A stretch of 15,895 nucleotides of DNA from the NCBI GenBank assembly GCA_048882505.1, contig JBHLRO010000039.1, forward strand, positions 1-15,895. The letters are read 5' to 3'. This DNA is from Candidatus Thorarchaeota archaeon. GTDB lineage: Archaea; Asgardarchaeota; Heimdallarchaeia; Hodarchaeales; Hodarchaeaceae. Position 1 is the stretch's first letter. Each line of letters opens with the position of its first letter. Below the pieces are notes generated by a model. It saw nothing but the letters and a program-made list of their open reading frames with translations, was not told where the DNA came from and ran no database searches. The position numbers and the translations under genes were made by a program. This document shows, one piece after another, positions 1-7,119 of the stretch.

Positions 1-126
1 AATCTGTTAACCCAGATGGATCTTGGCTATTATCTTGAAAACACCTTGGTATATGATCAAAATCCCGAGTCAATAAAGCGAGATTCGTTTACATCCCATA
101 AAAACGAAATTGAAGTTTTCTGGTAG
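1..126 (+). CDS. Possible 3' end of a gene truncated by the window edge (NLLTQMDLGYYLENTLVYDQNPESIKRDSFTSHKNEIEVFW*)
   Basis: Frame +1 is open for 41 codons from base 1 to TAG at 124-126; the other two + frames stop within 12 codons. No recognisable motif. Confidence 0.3.
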   Translation, partial: NLLTQMDLGYYLENTLVYDQNPESIKRDSFTSHKNEIEVFW

Positions 127-349
127 AAAGCAGGATAAAACTACAATCAATTTACCTTGGTGCACTCCCCATTTTTGATTTAGGACTATATTATATGATT
201 TAGGTTGTCCATGTACGTTCACTTCGCATGAAATTCTTCCATAGTCACCGTTTCGTTTTGAAAAGCAGTTGAAGCAGGATATTGGACGCTTGGTGTGCTT
301 GTTCAGTTATTGAGCATTTATTCCTACATTGGGTTCAGTTGCAATCAAT

Positions 350-685
350 TTAGGAACACGTTGACTCTGATGCAGATTTACGCCAAAATGCGATACTTTT
401 TAGTTTTCTGGCAGTGGCATTCCAAATGCACCCACAGCCGGGGAAGGCTTCAAATGAAATAGCTCCTCCACGACAATTTAGTACACATGCTCCACATTCT
501 ATGCATCGTTCGACGGATTGAACCTGATAAGTTCCATCTTCATCGCGGGCAAATACGTTATGAGGGCACACCTCTATACACATCCCACACCTATTACATT
601 TTGATGGATCCAGTTCTGGTACGTGAAGAATTTCCTGTTTTTCCTTTGGAATACTTGCTGTTAGGCTTTTCGTATAACTAGCCAT
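350..685 (-). CDS. hgcB-like: HgcB-like 2x[4Fe-4S] ferredoxin
   Basis: Two cluster motifs, C30-x2-C33-x2-C36-x3-C40-PH and C61-IE-C64-GA-C67-x3-C71, the second matching the HgcB C(M/I)ECGAC signature. Followed by GAI..xxPGCGC (HgcB-type GxGC) and a terminal Cys110. Starts 16 nt after the HgcA-like gene and has its own RBS. TAA stop. Confidence 0.85.
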   Translation of the reverse strand: MASYTKSLTASIPKEKQEILHVPELDPSKCNRCGMCIEVCPHNVFARDEDGTYQVQSVERCIECGACVLNCRGGAISFEAFPGCGCIWNATARKLKSIAFWRKSASESTCS

Positions 686-693
686 GATTGATT

Positions 694-701
694 ACCTACC
701 T
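694..701 (-). promoter_or_regulatory. Ribosome-binding site (AGGTAGGT) for the ferredoxin gene
   Basis: Minus strand reads TGA-AGGTAGGT-AATCAATC-ATG: 8-nt spacer, directly after the upstream stop codon, consistent with an operon. Confidence 0.6.
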
Positions 702-2348
702 TCACCAGCTTATGATTAATTGAAACCCCGTCAAGACAAGTAATATGATTAGTGATATTCCCAAAATGATTATCATTGTCGGATATTCTTCATCGATTTC
801 CGTTGGTTTACTCATAGGGGTCGCTCCTGAATAATCCATCCCTTGGAAATGGCCTATGGAAAATCCTATCACTAACCATTGACCCGTTTCGATAAGAGTT
901 CCATTAGGACCGATTAAACCCAAGGGTGCTAAAAGGATTCCAAGGAGCAACCCGTACATTATACTACGTTTTAAAAATGACCTTGTAGGAAATAACGGAA
1001 ACACTATGGCGAATAATAAATAGGAAAACCATAGTATAGGAAGCAAGAGGATGTTAATTTCAAAAAAATATAGAGTGGGAAAAATCGTAATGCCAATAAA
1101 ACCTGCGAGAAACAACCAAAAGAACAGGAACTTTGAAAGAAAGAATGATTCTTGAAGAGCCATCTCTAACCGTTCTCGTACCCCAAATGAAACGGTTCGC
1201 TGTTTTTCGGTTTTTTTTCCAGTCCGTAGATATGCTGGGATATCCTTGGCATATATTGGCCCAAATCTAGCCCTCCAACCTGTTACTTTCTTAACTTCAC
1301 GATGGTCAATACCCCCAGCCGCAAGTTGTGGGAGTATTATTCTTCGATGATCAACCAACTCACTAATCCGAGTTGCTTTGATTACCTCATCTACTTCTTT
1401 TGTTGAGAATTTATCTCCCCTGGCAGCACACCATACATTCTCTCCCATTGTATCAGCCACAAGAAGGTAGATATCTTGCTTCTGGAGTACGCTGCCCACT
1501 CTTCTGACAGTCAATTGATAGTTTGCTGTAACCAATACAGGTGATTGACTTGTAGGATTTCCATAAGTATACAAACCTGGCTGAATTGGAATCAATGCTG
1601 AGCCTGCTCGTAGTACACAAAGAACTCCACGGATCCATCCCCGAATTCCTCGCATTTTTTGGTCACTAAGGATCGTGGGAACAGGTTTATTCGCACTCTT
1701 CTGAGCAATGATTAACATAAAAGTATCCCCCACAAAGCGTTCTACTTGGAATATCTCAAACCCGCTTGCGCTGAGTCGTTGAGGAAAGTGTTCAAGAGCC
1801 CGAGTCGTTTTTTTAGTTTTCCAATAGGTTCTAATGCCATAGAAAAGTCTCTTGGCTGAGTAGACCAATCGGTTAAATCCCCATCCGTGGGGTTTCGCTT
1901 CGTCCGCGAATGCAATCCTGCCTTCATCAGTCAAGAGCTCCCAACATTGATCAAAGACGAGCTGCTGTTCCAAGAATCGCAGTTCACTTAGAGCTAGTGT
2001 CGAAATGATAAGATCAAATTTCTTTTCAGGCAACGAGATGTCGAGTTGAGTAATATCTCCCCGAATGAATGTAATTTTATCCGCTACATCCTCGTTTTGA
2101 CTTTTTTCTTGAGCGAAAGTGATCATTTTATCAGAAAAATCCATCGCAACGACTTGGGCGCCTTTTTTGGCACAGAGTATCGCTAATGTCCCAGGTCCAC
2201 ATCCCAAATCAAGAACCTTCGATCCCTCTTTGACGTTTTCAAGGATTCTTTCATATACTTCGCTTATTTTACTAGCTGTGAGTTTCGCGATTCCTGACTC
2301 GTATGCATCAGGTGTTTCTTCCAGCACTTTCATGTAAACATAAGCCAA
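702..2348 (-). CDS. hgcA-like: Fusion protein: N-terminal class I SAM-dependent methyltransferase (aa ~1-217) + HgcA-like corrinoid-binding domain (aa ~253-380) + C-terminal multi-pass membrane domain
   Basis: MTase motifs VLDLGCGPG, VVAMDFS, FIRGD, FDLIIS. Corrinoid domain PGLYTYGNP..SPVLVTANY..LLVADTMGENVWCAARG..F..HRRIILPQL..GP..AKDIPAYL..R..F aligns by eye with HgcA/CdhD-family domains; Cys307 codon at 1428-1430. About 5 hydrophobic segments follow, with a DYSGATPMS loop at the position of the HgcA NFTG(S/A)T loop. TTG start supported by an RBS. Confidence 0.9.
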   Translation of the reverse strand: MAYVYMKVLEETPDAYESGIAKLTASKISEVYERILENVKEGSKVLDLGCGPGTLAILCAKKGAQVVAMDFSDKMITFAQEKSQNEDVADKITFIRGDITQLDISLPEKKFDLIISTLALSELRFLEQQLVFDQCWELLTDEGRIAFADEAKPHGWGFNRLVYSAKRLFYGIRTYWKTKKTTRALEHFPQRLSASGFEIFQVERFVGDTFMLIIAQKSANKPVPTILSDQKMRGIRGWIRGVLCVLRAGSALIPIQPGLYTYGNPTSQSPVLVTANYQLTVRRVGSVLQKQDIYLLVADTMGENVWCAARGDKFSTKEVDEVIKATRISELVDHRRIILPQLAAGGIDHREVKKVTGWRARFGPIYAKDIPAYLRTGKKTEKQRTVSFGVRERLEMALQESFFLSKFLFFWLFLAGFIGITIFPTLYFFEINILLLPILWFSYLLFAIVFPLFPTRSFLKRSIMYGLLLGILLAPLGLIGPNGTLIETGQWLVIGFSIGHFQGMDYSGATPMSKPTEIDEEYPTMIIILGISLIILLVLTGFQLIISW

Positions 2349-2356
2349 AGTAATAT

Positions 2357-2361
2357 TCCTC
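2357..2361 (-). promoter_or_regulatory. Ribosome-binding site (GAGGA) for the TTG start of the methyltransferase-corrinoid fusion
   Basis: Minus strand reads GAGGA-ATATTACT-TTG, an 8-nt spacer. Confidence 0.55.
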
Positions 2362-2514
2362 AGAAGGACCTATTTTTATGCCAGAGCAGATTCTGGACAA
2401 ATTGCGTTTTTCGAAATATATATTGAATATTTAGATTGGGGAAAAAGTCTTGGAATTTCCTTGAATTTCCTATTTTAATTCTATGGGAAGAATCGGAAAA
2501 ATAAAAGCAGATTT

Positions 2515-3243
2515 TTACTTACTAATAAAATATCTCATGTCACAGACTTCATCGCCATCTGATAACGTGTGTTCTCTTTGATATTTCCCGCCTTCAACAA
2601 GATGTTCCGCTACGGTATAATCATAGGTACACCACGTTCTTCTAAAAAAACTCATCTCTTCTTGCCCGAATTGGGCATAGAAATCATAGACAGGACATGA
2701 ATAGATATCCAGATGGAATACGTCTCTATCTTTGTAAAGCTTCGTTTTATATCCTGGTTCGCTATATGGAAATTTTAAAGCATCTTTAAGGCGCCTTTCC
2801 AGGTAGGCTATTGGATCCTTCGTCCGTAGTTTAGCCAATTTCATTCTCAACGGATCAAGTATTGGGACTAACCCCTTCATATTCACACGGACTTGCCATA
2901 TCAGGTCTGCGACTAGGCTCGTCGCGTAATTCGGATCTATTTTTTCTTCCACCATTGCTCGGTATATAGCTAGGTGTATCAGTCCGCCATATTCATTCAT
3001 GTAATTACCGATATTATCGTGGTCTTTTAACCAAGGCGATAACTCTTGAATGTTCGATTCTGCCTGAAATATGATGCGTTCCATTTCCTTGGGAGTGAAA
3101 CGACCGTGTTCAGGCATTCCATTCTGTCTGCATCTCGGTGTCAATATCTGGACTATGGCTTTTTTGTGAACTCCCCAAGCTCTTCTACGGATTATTCTTT
3201 TGGTTACTGGCTCGAGCATGCCTATTCTCATTTCATATTCCAC
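2515..3243 (-). CDS. L-2-amino-thiazoline-4-carboxylic acid hydrolase-like (ATC_hydrolase / V4R-like fold) protein; true activity unknown
   Basis: C-terminal pattern DIYSCPVYDFY...WCTYDY...YQREHTLSDGDEVCDMRY with three conserved-looking Cys is typical of this family. Start uncertain (GTG 3243 or a downstream ATG). Confidence 0.75.
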   Translation of the reverse strand: MEYEMRIGMLEPVTKRIIRRRAWGVHKKAIVQILTPRCRQNGMPEHGRFTPKEMERIIFQAESNIQELSPWLKDHDNIGNYMNEYGGLIHLAIYRAMVEEKIDPNYATSLVADLIWQVRVNMKGLVPILDPLRMKLAKLRTKDPIAYLERRLKDALKFPYSEPGYKTKLYKDRDVFHLDIYSCPVYDFYAQFGQEEMSFFRRTWCTYDYTVAEHLVEGGKYQREHTLSDGDEVCDMRYFISK

Positions 3244-3617
3244 GTAGTATGTTAGTATCCAACTTTAAAAACATATCCAAGAAGGCAATTTGAAACAAAA
3301 TGTTTTCGGAGGTGAACTTGATGTATACACATCCTTTTTAACAGTAAATGTTGAGAAAAAATCAACGCATCTTAATAATGTAGTTTATGTCATGCTAAGG
3401 TTTCATTTCTTTTTTATCGTTCAAGATCATAACTTTCTTTTTTTGGTTCTTGTTCCTTGTTTAACCCTGTACTCCATTCAAATCTGTTCAACTGGTAAGA
3501 TTATCAATTTACAAGTAGCCATTTTCGAATAGAACGATCCCAAGTGCTAATCCCTCTTTTTCCGAACAAATAGAACCGATATGGGCAAAAGATAGAGCGG
3601 ATGCCCGTTAAATCTTA

Positions 3618-4121
3618 TTAATAACCTAGTCCTTCTAAATGCTCTGCGTGATGATCATAAGATCCTTCAAGAACTGCAATTAATGGATATCCCTCAAACC
3701 AAGAAAACCTATCGGTATCTACCAGATCATTTTCGTTGACTTTTTCTGCTAATGAGATTAAACGTGAAAAACCTTCTTTCCAATCCTTATAGACACGTTT
3801 CCAGGACTTTTCTCTATTGATTTCATAAATCCATTTGTTAATCTTTTCTAAATCAGCTTCAGATTCTGGATCGAACTCCTCTGGCCACCAATCAAGATCC
3901 GGACTTTTGTTGTTTAATGCTCCTTCGATCCGCGCCACTGAAATCCTTTGCCAAATCCATAAATGCGCAACATCATCTTTTATTGATCTACTAGAATACG
4001 GTCTCTTTACAAACGCTTGATTTTCAGTAAGTTCTGAAAGATGGTTCTTCCATGTGTTAAACATTTCCTTGAGAAGACCAATGCTTTGGTTTTTATCTCT
4101 AAATTTTATTTCTAGGGGCAT
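3618..4121 (-). CDS. DinB-superfamily four-helix-bundle protein (ClbS/DfsB / DUF1706-like)
   Basis: SIKDDVAHL near the N-terminus and HHAEH (H-x3-H) at the C-terminus give the DinB His triad; 167 aa, Trp-rich and helical. AGGAG lies upstream. Confidence 0.75.
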   Translation of the reverse strand: MPLEIKFRDKNQSIGLLKEMFNTWKNHLSELTENQAFVKRPYSSRSIKDDVAHLWIWQRISVARIEGALNNKSPDLDWWPEEFDPESEADLEKINKWIYEINREKSWKRVYKDWKEGFSRLISLAEKVNENDLVDTDRFSWFEGYPLIAVLEGSYDHHAEHLEGLGY

Positions 4122-4284
4122 ATTGGATCTATGGTCTCCTATAATCTATATTTCTTTGTTATACTGAATCAGAATGGTCCGAACTGCTGGATCCCAAGCT
4201 ATCCGATATGGGCCACCTATGCATGAACAGCACTTTTTAAGTGATCCGTTTTCAATGGTCATCACCCGTTTTTTCTTATAAAGA

Positions 4285-4800
4285 GTGACGAACATGATTT
4301 GGGTAACTAGGAATTATGTACATGTAGATAGAGTAGCCTGTCCTTGGCTTATCCAGCGTTTTGTTGATAGAGAGGCTGAGTTCTTATTTGTTCCTGCTGA
4401 GGAGGTTCAAAAAGTCGCTGATGCTGTGGGAGGGACACCGTTTGATATTAAAGGAGCAGAATTGGGTCACGTAGGCGATCAATGTACATTTAACGCCATA
4501 ATCAAGAAATTTAACTTGAGAGATCCAGCTCTTTTGGAGCTTGCAGAGGTCGTTCGTGCTGCAGATACAGGATCTATCGATAAAACCAGTCTCGCTGTTG
4601 GCCTGGAGGCTATCGCGACTGGAATCCCGCTTGTCAGTTTTAACGATCACGATTCGTTACAAAAGCAAATGGCAGTCTATGATTCGTTACTTGCATTCTT
4701 TCGCTACAAACGACTCGAAGAACAGTATCACGGCAAAATGAAACAAATGACAAGAAAAGAACGGAATGAGTTTTTTAAGAAAAAATATAGTTCGCCGTAG
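4285..4800 (+). CDS. Stand-alone chromate-resistance ChrB C-terminal-domain protein (ChrF-like)
   Basis: WVTR..VHVDRVACPWLIQRFVDREAEFLFVP...PFDI.GAELGH.GDQCTF...DPAL..LA..VRAAD is the Chrome_Resist family signature. The N-terminal DNA-binding part of full-length ChrB is absent. ATG at 4294 may be the real start. Confidence 0.85.
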   Translation: MTNMIWVTRNYVHVDRVACPWLIQRFVDREAEFLFVPAEEVQKVADAVGGTPFDIKGAELGHVGDQCTFNAIIKKFNLRDPALLELAEVVRAADTGSIDKTSLAVGLEAIATGIPLVSFNDHDSLQKQMAVYDSLLAFFRYKRLEEQYHGKMKQMTRKERNEFFKKKYSSP

Positions 4801-6022
4801 TTTTTCTGTTTTAAGGGTGTTTAAAGTTTTTAACAATTCAAAGAGCGAATCCCCTTCTTTTCTATTTTATCTTGTGTGCCTAATTGGCGTTCTTGCCCTT
4901 TTAAGTAGCACTATGGCAAAAAACCCCACTCTATCGCTTTTTGCCTCCCATTTGGGATCTGAAGATTGGCAGCTCGGTATTATTGCCGCCATTGGTCCCA
5001 TTCCTGGAATTTTATTGAGTTTTCCGGCCGGTGCCGTCGCGGATAGGTGGGGGAAGATGCGTGTGATCCAACTCTCCCTATTCTTTTTTGCAGCTGCCCC
5101 CTTTTTATACCTAGTCGTCTCTGAATCGTGGCAACTCATCCCTGTACGCTTTTTTCATGGCATTGCTACCGCTATTTTCGGCCCTATCGTCTTGTCTCTT
5201 ATCATTTCATATTACCCTATAAATAGGGCTTCAAGAATGAGCTTCTATTCCTCATTAACCATGGTAGGCCGTGTTATTGCTCCGGCCTTAGCTGGCTTTT
5301 TAATTACCATAGGTTCCTTTATCGCGGTATACTTAACCTGTGCGGTTTCTGGTATTGTAGCTTTTAGTCTAGGATTAACGTTACCACGGGAAAGAGAGTT
5401 ACCTGGTGATGAACGAGCCTCCTTTCGAAGTGGATTAATAGACCTCAAACGCCTTCTCACCAATAAAGGGATAATCATTACAAGCACTGTTGAAGCTATG
5501 ATCTTTTTTGCGTCAGGTGCCTTTGAAACCTTTCTTCCAGTTCAAATGGAGGCCTTTGGGTGGGATCCATTTACTATTGGCCTCATTATGGCGTTCCAGA
5601 TTTCAGCCATCATCTTCATCAAACCATTATCAGGTGCCTTTTCTGATCGATGGAAACGAAAACCTTTTGTCTCGTTGGGTTTGATTGCAAGTGCCTTTTC
5701 ATTCATTGTACTTGCTTCATTTCCAGAAAACTTCCCAGCGTATTTGTTCGGTTCGATTTTTTTTGGCACGGGCGTCGCTTTAACTACTTCCTCGACTGCT
5801 GCTTTAGTATCTGATTTCAGTTTGGAAGATGAAGTAGCTTCCTCGATTGGAATGCTCTCATCTATTATGGATATAGGCCATTCATTGGGTCCTTTTATTA
5901 CAGGTTTTCTCATCAGCTTTACTGGATTTTTTACCGCTTATATTTCCATATGCACTCTCCTTGTCCTCACTGTCTTCGTTTTTCTTTTCATGGTTGTTCC
6001 ACCACCCAAAGAAGCAGTTTAG
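4766..6022 (+). CDS. Major facilitator superfamily transporter (about 12 TM)
   Basis: Motif A in both halves (GAVADRWGKMRV; GAFSDRWKRKPF), RFFHGIA motif and hydrophobic periodicity. The real start may be the in-frame GTG at 4817, which removes the 35-nt overlap with the upstream gene. Confidence 0.9.
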   Translation: MSFLRKNIVRRSFSVLRVFKVFNNSKSESPSFLFYLVCLIGVLALLSSTMAKNPTLSLFASHLGSEDWQLGIIAAIGPIPGILLSFPAGAVADRWGKMRVIQLSLFFFAAAPFLYLVVSESWQLIPVRFFHGIATAIFGPIVLSLIISYYPINRASRMSFYSSLTMVGRVIAPALAGFLITIGSFIAVYLTCAVSGIVAFSLGLTLPRERELPGDERASFRSGLIDLKRLLTNKGIIITSTVEAMIFFASGAFETFLPVQMEAFGWDPFTIGLIMAFQISAIIFIKPLSGAFSDRWKRKPFVSLGLIASAFSFIVLASFPENFPAYLFGSIFFGTGVALTTSSTAALVSDFSLEDEVASSIGMLSSIMDIGHSLGPFITGFLISFTGFFTAYISICTLLVLTVFVFLFMVVPPPKEAV

Positions 6023-6373
6023 CACCATATTTTTCCATATTGGTCTCTAGAGGCACAGATCAGACCAGGTTTCGGTTTAAAAGCCAATAAATTCAGAAAT
6101 AGTATGCTTCCATAGCCGAAAACTTCTCCAATAACATTTCTTTAAATCCAGACGATGATTCTGCCCGTCATTCTCCATGAATTTGCGATGCAACAAATCC
6201 AACTTTGGTTATCTTGATTCTTATTTGGAAGCCTCCATCGCTTTTGCCAGATTGTTCCTGGGTTCAAGATTGACCAGGAAGAACATAAGTATGGTTCTTA
6301 ACCGCTATGGATCCCAGTTACATTTGGGATTGCTGGTTAGGCGATGTCTTATTCAGCTGATCTATGAATAGGC

Positions 6374-6392
6374 TTAAAAACCTGGTTTTTAA
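6374..6392. promoter_or_regulatory. Perfect 19-bp palindrome TTAAAAACC-T-GGTTTTTAA upstream of the TPR gene; candidate operator
   Basis: 9-bp arms with a 1-nt centre, 55 nt upstream of the GTG at 6448. Confidence 0.35.
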
Positions 6393-6447
6393 TCCTAGAG
6401 TCTCAATTTTTAATTGGCATTTGCCAAGATCTTCTAATTTTAGATGA

Positions 6448-7119
6448 GTGGGAAGTAAGATGTGTCCATTTTTTAGGCGAAAGAAAGAACCAGAAACTAT
6501 TGAGGAATGTCATTCCGAAGCAAGAAAGCACATAGCAAAATTGATCAAATCTTCATCCAATAAAGATCTTGAAAATGCTCTTTTGTATCTTAATAAGGGA
6601 GTACAACTTGATCCAACCGTGATCGAAACATATGAGATGATGGGAACAGTTCTTAAGGCAGTTAAACGGCACAACGAAGCGCTAGAAGTGTACATAGAAG
6701 CTTTATCTCATGTTCATGATAAAGTACGAATCATGCGATCGATTATCATGAATCTTTTGGACGCTGAAGAAACTCTTGACGAAGCGCTGGAATGGGCAAA
6801 TCGGGCTCTTGAAATAGACCCTCAAAACCTCAAGGTAATAAACCTAAAGGCAGTATGTAAACACAAGAAGGGTTTAAGAGCAGAGGCCCTCCAAACAGTT
6901 GATCTAGCTCTACAAATCGATCCCAATGATATCTACAATCTAAATCTCAAGGGAACACTTCTGATGAGTGACAGGAAATGGGAGGAGGCAAAAAAGGTTG
7001 AAGAAAAGTTCTTGGCGCTATTAAAACCTAGGGATCAATATTATGAAGAGATGAGAAGCCAATCCTTGAAGAAGATTGAGCTCATTAATGCCATGATTGC
7101 AAAGGAATCCAAAAATTGA
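6448..7119 (+). CDS. Tetratricopeptide-repeat protein
   Basis: Repeated TPR-like units such as ALLYLNKGVQLDP, EALEWANRALEIDPQN, EALQTVDLALQIDPND and NLKGTLLM. Start is GTG 6448 or ATG 6460. Confidence 0.8.
   Translation: MGSKMCPFFRRKKEPETIEECHSEARKHIAKLIKSSSNKDLENALLYLNKGVQLDPTVIETYEMMGTVLKAVKRHNEALEVYIEALSHVHDKVRIMRSIIMNLLDAEETLDEALEWANRALEIDPQNLKVINLKAVCKHKKGLRAEALQTVDLALQIDPNDIYNLNLKGTLLMSDRKWEEAKKVEEKFLALLKPRDQYYEEMRSQSLKKIELINAMIAKESKN

Noticed and set aside
127-349. Possible SECIS-like element or small ORF downstream of the ferredoxin
   Set aside because: No in-frame Sec codon upstream to serve and no clear stem seen; the open minus-strand frame lacks a supported start. The repeated GTTCAGTT (301-308, 333-340) is too short to interpret.
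686-704. TGA stop of the HgcA-like gene as selenocysteine or readthrough producing an HgcAB fusion
   Set aside because: The same frame hits TAG two codons later (TGA AGG TAG), the TGA is not at a Cys-equivalent position, the catalytic codon is an ordinary TGT, and the ferredoxin has its own RBS.
702-2348. Calling the locus a bona fide mercury-methylation hgcAB, or the MTase an ArsM
   Set aside because: Cap-helix and flanking motifs deviate toward the paralog branch, and I cannot identify the ArsM catalytic Cys pattern. Function is left open.
3290-3532. 80-aa plus-strand ORF in the intergenic gap
   Set aside because: TTG start without RBS, Phe/Leu/Val-rich composition expected from T-rich DNA, no motif; it would also cover the promoter of the gene starting at 3243.
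4231-4243. CACTT-TTT-AAGTG palindrome over a TATA-like box upstream of the ChrB-domain gene; also GATGT-ATAC-ACATC at 3320-3333
   Set aside because: 5-bp arms are common by chance in AT-rich DNA, and the adjacent ChrB-domain protein lacks a DNA-binding domain.
6177-6371. 64-aa plus-strand ORF in the MFS-TPR gap
   Set aside because: No RBS or motif; the region is better explained by inverted repeats.
6448-6470. N-terminal MGSKMC of the TPR protein as a eukaryote-like myristoylation/palmitoylation signal
   Set aside because: It depends on the GTG start being right; ATG 6460 is equally plausible, and no N-myristoyltransferase is established in prokaryotes.
487-6695. Shadow ORFs overlapping real genes (487-681, 1453-1638, 1742-1927, 2119-2337, 3046-3255, 3835-4020, 4384-4650, 4541-4741, 4867-5139, 5245-5487, 5542-5913, 6510-6695)
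   Set aside because: All lie antisense or out of frame within well-supported CDSs and show no motifs.
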